Assembly: GCA_034530875.2 (NCBI GenBank)
Contig: JAVRCJ020000002.1
Location: 160,001 to 224,000 of the forward strand
DNA from: Nostoc sp. DedSLP01
Lineage (GTDB): Bacteria; Cyanobacteriota; Cyanobacteriia; Cyanobacteriales; Nostocaceae
Length of the DNA stretch: 64,000 nucleotides
Direction of reading: 5' to 3'
Part shown: positions 60,176-64,000 of the stretch, piece by piece
How the letters are laid out: the number at the start of each line of letters is the position of its first letter
Position numbering within the stretch: the stretch's first letter is position 1
Notes under the pieces: model-generated
Told to the model about the DNA's origin: nothing
Seen by the model: only the letters and a program-made list of their open reading frames with translations
Databases searched by the model: none
Position numbers and translations under genes: made by a program

Positions 60176-61402
60176 TTATTTTAAAGCATAGGTATCTGGG
60201 GCACGACCTAATGCAAAGCGCCAAGAGCTAGATAAATCTTTACTCGAATTGGTGCAGAAAATTACAAATGCCACACAAGTGATTGCAGCAGCATAGCCAA
60301 ACATATTGGGATAGCCAACTTGCTCGGCAACAGAACCTAAAACAGGTGCGGCGATCGCAATTCCCAAATCAAATCCAGTGACGCAAATAGCAAAAATTCG
60401 GCCCCGTTCTTGTGGCAGCGATCGGTCTGCCATCATCGTCACAATCATTGATATAACTGTACCAGCACCAGCACCTTCACAAATCGCTGCCAGCAAGAAA
60501 CTACTTACATTCCTAGCCTGCCACAGCAATATAGAAGATAGAGTATAACAAATTATACCAATAGTAATAAACAAACCACGACCGAGGCGATCGCTGGCTT
60601 TACCAGCAAATACCCTGGTACTAAAACTAGCAATTGCAGCAACCGTAAAAAACAAGCCGCCATTAAAGTCTATCTGAATTGATTTGATAAACAACGACAC
60701 AAAAGTATGTACCGCACCCACAGACAAACCAACCAGCAACATAACTAAAGTCGGAATTCTCACGCGCGGGCTAATGAGAATTTGCCAAAATTTCTGATTA
60801 TTGTTTGGAGTTTGCTCCTGTGTCTGTACTGGTGGATTGCTAACTTGTAAAATTGCCAAGAAAGCCACAAAACCCAACTCAGCAGAAAACAAAAATAACA
60901 ACCCATAACCAGTTGTGGCTTCTAAAAACGATCCCAAAGCAGGGCCAATTGCTAAACCAAGGGGAGTTGCTAAGGTCATGTAACTAATAATTTCACCACG
61001 TTTTTCAGGTGGGGCTAAATCTGCAATTAATGCACTGTAGCCAGTGGTAAAAGCAGCAATGCTAACGCCGTGAAAAATCCGCACCAGAATCAATAAATTA
61101 ATAGATTGGGTTGCCAAGTAACCAAAAGGTGCGATCGCAGCTACTATGCTACCAAGCAACAAGACAAATTTTCGCCCGCGCTCATCGGCTAATCGTCCCA
61201 GCATCGGGCGAGTCAGCAATAAACCAATGGCGAAACTGCCCGTTACAATGCCAATTTGCTGCTTATTCGCGCCCACATGTTCGATATAAAGCGGTAGAGT
61301 TGGCAACAACGAAGACAAACTCGACCAGAATAATAAACCTGCCGTGAATAAAATCAGCAGGTTAGACCGCAGTTCGGTGTCAAAAGTATTAAATGCTTTC
61401 AA
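60176..61402 (-). CDS. MFS transporter
   Basis: About 12 TM segments; motif A GRLADERGRK and GKASDRLGRG. Confidence 0.92.
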   Translation of the reverse strand: MKAFNTFDTELRSNLLILFTAGLLFWSSLSSLLPTLPLYIEHVGANKQQIGIVTGSFAIGLLLTRPMLGRLADERGRKFVLLLGSIVAAIAPFGYLATQSINLLILVRIFHGVSIAAFTTGYSALIADLAPPEKRGEIISYMTLATPLGLAIGPALGSFLEATTGYGLLFLFSAELGFVAFLAILQVSNPPVQTQEQTPNNNQKFWQILISPRVRIPTLVMLLVGLSVGAVHTFVSLFIKSIQIDFNGGLFFTVAAIASFSTRVFAGKASDRLGRGLFITIGIICYTLSSILLWQARNVSSFLLAAICEGAGAGTVISMIVTMMADRSLPQERGRIFAICVTGFDLGIAIAAPVLGSVAEQVGYPNMFGYAAAITCVAFVIFCTNSSKDLSSSWRFALGRAPDTYALK

Positions 61403-61419
61403 GGTAGATGCAAGTTAAT

Positions 61420-61471
61420 TAGTTATTAGTCATTAGTCATTAGTCATTAGTTATTAGTCATTAGTCACTAG
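61420..61471. repeat. STRR heptamer tandem array (TCATTAG/TTATTAG)
   Basis: About 7 tandem heptamers read directly. Confidence 0.85.
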
Positions 61472-61531
61472 TTTAGAGTTACCAATATTTACTCTTCACT
61501 ATTTATTAATTACCAATGCGCTATGCCCAAT

Positions 61532-61622
61532 GACGCCAGTCGCCTCAAGTCAAGCCACTGCGTTGGACGGGTTTCCCGGCTTGAAGCAAGTGGCGCGGGA
61601 AACCCGCCCACAGCGCTGGCTC
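61532..61622. repeat. Composite small dispersed repeat, related to 14063-14177
   Basis: Shared blocks with the 14-kb copy but lacking its inner insert. Confidence 0.72.
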
Positions 61623-61650
61623 CCCTATGCCCATTTTCACTATTTTTACC

Positions 61651-62655
61651 TTAGTTAACCTTTTTTGCTACCACCTCTCGCACGCGATAGATAGGCCGGC
61701 CTTGGGATTCATGATATGTACGCATGAGTAATTCTGCTAAAAGGCCAAAGCAAAATAATTGTACTCCAGTCACTAACAACAGAACTGCCAAAATCAGTAG
61801 CGGGCGATTGCCAATCATTTCACCTAAAGCTAATTTGATGAATGTCAAATAAATTCCGATTAACGTTCCCGAAACCATTGAAATCAATCCCAACAACCCA
61901 AAAACATGCATCGGGCGTGTGAGGAACTTTTTCATAAACAAAATGGTTAACAAATCCATCAACACTCGGAATGTACGCCAAATCCCATACTTACTGCGGC
62001 CAAAGCGGCGGGGGTGATGGCGCACGGGCATTTCTGTAATTCTTGCTCCTTCGATGTATGCCAAAGCAGGTAAGAACCGATGTAATTCACCGTAGAGGTT
62101 CATATCTGCCAATAGTTCTGCACGATAGGCTTTGAGGGAACAGCCATAGTCATGAATATTCACGCTAGTGGTGCGACGAATTAACCAGTTGGCAATTTTG
62201 GAAGGAAGCAACCGATTTATGGCACCATCTTGGCGTTTTTGCCGCCAACCACTCACCAAATCGTAACCTTCATCGAGCTTGGCCAATAACATGGGAATAT
62301 CAGCCGGGTCATTTTGCAAGTCAGCATCTAAAGAAACGATCGCTTTACCTATTGCATAATGAAATCCAGCAGCCATAGCCGCAGTTTGGCCGTAATTGCG
62401 ACGCAGGATCACAGCTTTTAAATCAGAACGTGTTTGCGCTGCTTGCTTGAGAAATTCCCCAGAACCATCGCTAGAACCATCGTCTACACAGATGATTTCA
62501 TAGCTTATCTGACTCGAAGATAATGTAGATGCGATCGCTTCTAATAAAAGTGGCAAACTTTCCACTTCATTATGTATCGGCACCACCACTGAAACATCTG
62601 GCGCAATTGTCGAAATCGCGCCATTTACCCCGCCATCAACCAACCCACTCCTCAT
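61651..62655 (-). CDS. Glycosyltransferase family 2 (ArnC/DPM-synthase-like)
   Basis: VSVVVPIHNE, VDDGSSD, RRNYGQTAA, LDADLQNDP; two C-terminal TMs; start placed at MRSGLV. Confidence 0.92.
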   Translation of the reverse strand: MRSGLVDGGVNGAISTIAPDVSVVVPIHNEVESLPLLLEAIASTLSSSQISYEIICVDDGSSDGSGEFLKQAAQTRSDLKAVILRRNYGQTAAMAAGFHYAIGKAIVSLDADLQNDPADIPMLLAKLDEGYDLVSGWRQKRQDGAINRLLPSKIANWLIRRTTSVNIHDYGCSLKAYRAELLADMNLYGELHRFLPALAYIEGARITEMPVRHHPRRFGRSKYGIWRTFRVLMDLLTILFMKKFLTRPMHVFGLLGLISMVSGTLIGIYLTFIKLALGEMIGNRPLLILAVLLLVTGVQLFCFGLLAELLMRTYHESQGRPIYRVREVVAKKVN

Positions 62656-62716
62656 CTTCCTGTGCTTCCTCAGCGTATTGACCGAAGTTCTGAGCGGCGG
62701 AAGCCGCCGCTCAGAC

Positions 62717-63418
62717 TTATCTCTGTGGTTCGTAACTCTCGATAACTCTACCAGCACCTCGCAGCTGTTGATAGTAGGACTGACTAACCGCATCGCCGTG
62801 TTCCGAAAGAATATCAATCCCAATTCCATTGCGTCCCTGTTCTTTTCCAGAACTGTGGATATAATAACCATCCGCCAAATACAGTCCGACATGTGTTGCT
62901 TTTTGGCTAGTTCCAAAAAATACTAGATCCCCAGCCTCTAATTGTGCAATGGTAATTGGTTGGGTAAATCCTTCTTGTTGATAAGCATCTCTCGGTAACC
63001 AAATACCCACCGAAGCGAAAGCCGCTTGCATTAATCCAGAACAATCATAATTTGGCCCTACCGTACCGCCCCAAAGGTAATAATTTGATTGTTGCATGGC
63101 TTTTTGGGTAAAAGCGATAACCTCTGTTAGTAGTTTTTTTATTTCAGATTCAGAAAATCTTGCAGCCTGATAAAGTACAGTAGCAGATTGTAAGAAACCC
63201 AAATCTGAAAAGGATACCCATCCCGGATAGTCATCTTCACGCAAATACACCTCAACCGCCGAACCCTGATGATTTGATGTTACCCATAAATGTCGCCCAG
63301 CAGCGGCTTGAGTTGATAGGCGCGTACACTCAGGAGAATCGTATAAGTTCAGGTCAGCTAGACACTCATATTCTCCTGACTTGAGATTTTGGATTTGGGA
63401 TTTTAGATTAAAGGACAT
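62717..63418 (-). CDS. NlpC/P60 (C40) cell-wall peptidase with SH3-like N-terminus
   Basis: YLWGG, DCSGL, LPRDAYQQ, GDLVFF, HVGLY, YIHSS. Confidence 0.92.
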   Translation of the reverse strand: MSFNLKSQIQNLKSGEYECLADLNLYDSPECTRLSTQAAAGRHLWVTSNHQGSAVEVYLREDDYPGWVSFSDLGFLQSATVLYQAARFSESEIKKLLTEVIAFTQKAMQQSNYYLWGGTVGPNYDCSGLMQAAFASVGIWLPRDAYQQEGFTQPITIAQLEAGDLVFFGTSQKATHVGLYLADGYYIHSSGKEQGRNGIGIDILSEHGDAVSQSYYQQLRGAGRVIESYEPQR

Positions 63419-63427
63419 TATTCAAGA

Positions 63428-64000
63428 ATGGTTTTTTTTAATAAAGACGAACAACTCGAAAATCTTGGGTTAGGCATTTTAGATGCAACTTGGGCAGCAT
63501 TTCCCACATTAGCGCGCAATCAAATTGCCTTGACTTGGGTTGTTTACGACCCACCAGTGCCGGTAAATACTGGTGGCGCGCTGACTCCCAACGCTTTTTG
63601 GAATCACCCAGTTCGTGGTTTTAGTTATCGCGGTGTCGAACGGATTTACCCTGCAAGTGTAGTCAAACTATTTTATCTGGTGGCTGTGAATGAATGGCTG
63701 GAAAAAGGCATGAGTCAAACGTCCAAAGAATTGGAACGAGCCTTGCGGGATATGATTATAGATTCTAGTAATGATGCTACCAGCTTGGTTGTTGACATTC
63801 TCACTGGCACCACCTCAGGCCCAGAACTACCAGTAGCCCCATTTGAAACTTGGAAATATCAGCGTAATATCGTTAACCGCTATTACCAATCTTTAGGATG
63901 GGAAGAAATGGAGACGATTAACGTCTGTCAAAAAACTTGGGGTGATGGCCCTTATGGACGGGAGAGGGCATTTGTAGGAGAGTTACTAGAAAATCGTAAT
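63428..64000 (+). CDS. Serine hydrolase / class A beta-lactamase-like protein (3'-truncated by window edge; not in ORF track)
   Basis: Manual translation MVFFNKDEQLENLG...; YPASVVKLF (SxxK) and DSSNDA (SxN). Confidence 0.85.
   Translation, partial: MVFFNKDEQLENLGLGILDATWAAFPTLARNQIALTWVVYDPPVPVNTGGALTPNAFWNHPVRGFSYRGVERIYPASVVKLFYLVAVNEWLEKGMSQTSKELERALRDMIIDSSNDATSLVVDILTGTTSGPELPVAPFETWKYQRNIVNRYYQSLGWEEMETINVCQKTWGDGPYGRERAFVGELLENRN

Noticed and set aside
62656..62916. Extended N-terminus of the GT2 ORF
   Set aside because: Overlaps the NlpC/P60 gene; the recognisable domain begins after ATG 62655

Overview
Window from a filamentous, probably Nostocales-type cyanobacterial chromosome, judged from abundant HIP1 GCGATCGC, STRR heptamer repeats and SDR/REP-like mini-elements. 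Ordinary content: 3' part of clpB, an isoaspartyl peptidase, a GAF/PAS two-component cluster, pyrD, a MacAB-like exporter pair, glk, a branched-chain amino acid ABC operon, moaC, tRNA-Arg(ACG), an MFS transporter, a GT2 glycosyltransferase and an NlpC/P60 peptidase. Two loci stand out. (1) At 16.4-18.9 kb a TROVE/Ro60 (Rsr) gene is surrounded by four tRNA-shaped RNAs. Each carries an inserted, circularly permuted Y-RNA-type Ro-binding helix, and a fifth copy of that helix lies over the Ro60 ribosome-binding site, suggesting autoregulation. (2) At 22-39 kb an accessory island holds two RaxST-like putative tyrosylprotein sulfotransferases, three shuffled RTX-type secreted proteins (two of them glycine-rich), a CAP protein and an APS kinase (cysC). 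Five genes in the island share a 32-bp palindromic operator-promoter module, and five 21-bp tandem arrays with helically phased TGCA motifs are interspersed. Also present: a CHAT-nSTAND-WD40 NLR-like protein, a frameshifted Rpn gene inside the liv operon and a LexA-like box before a hypothetical gene. All family assignments come from motif recognition by eye and recall; no database searches were run.
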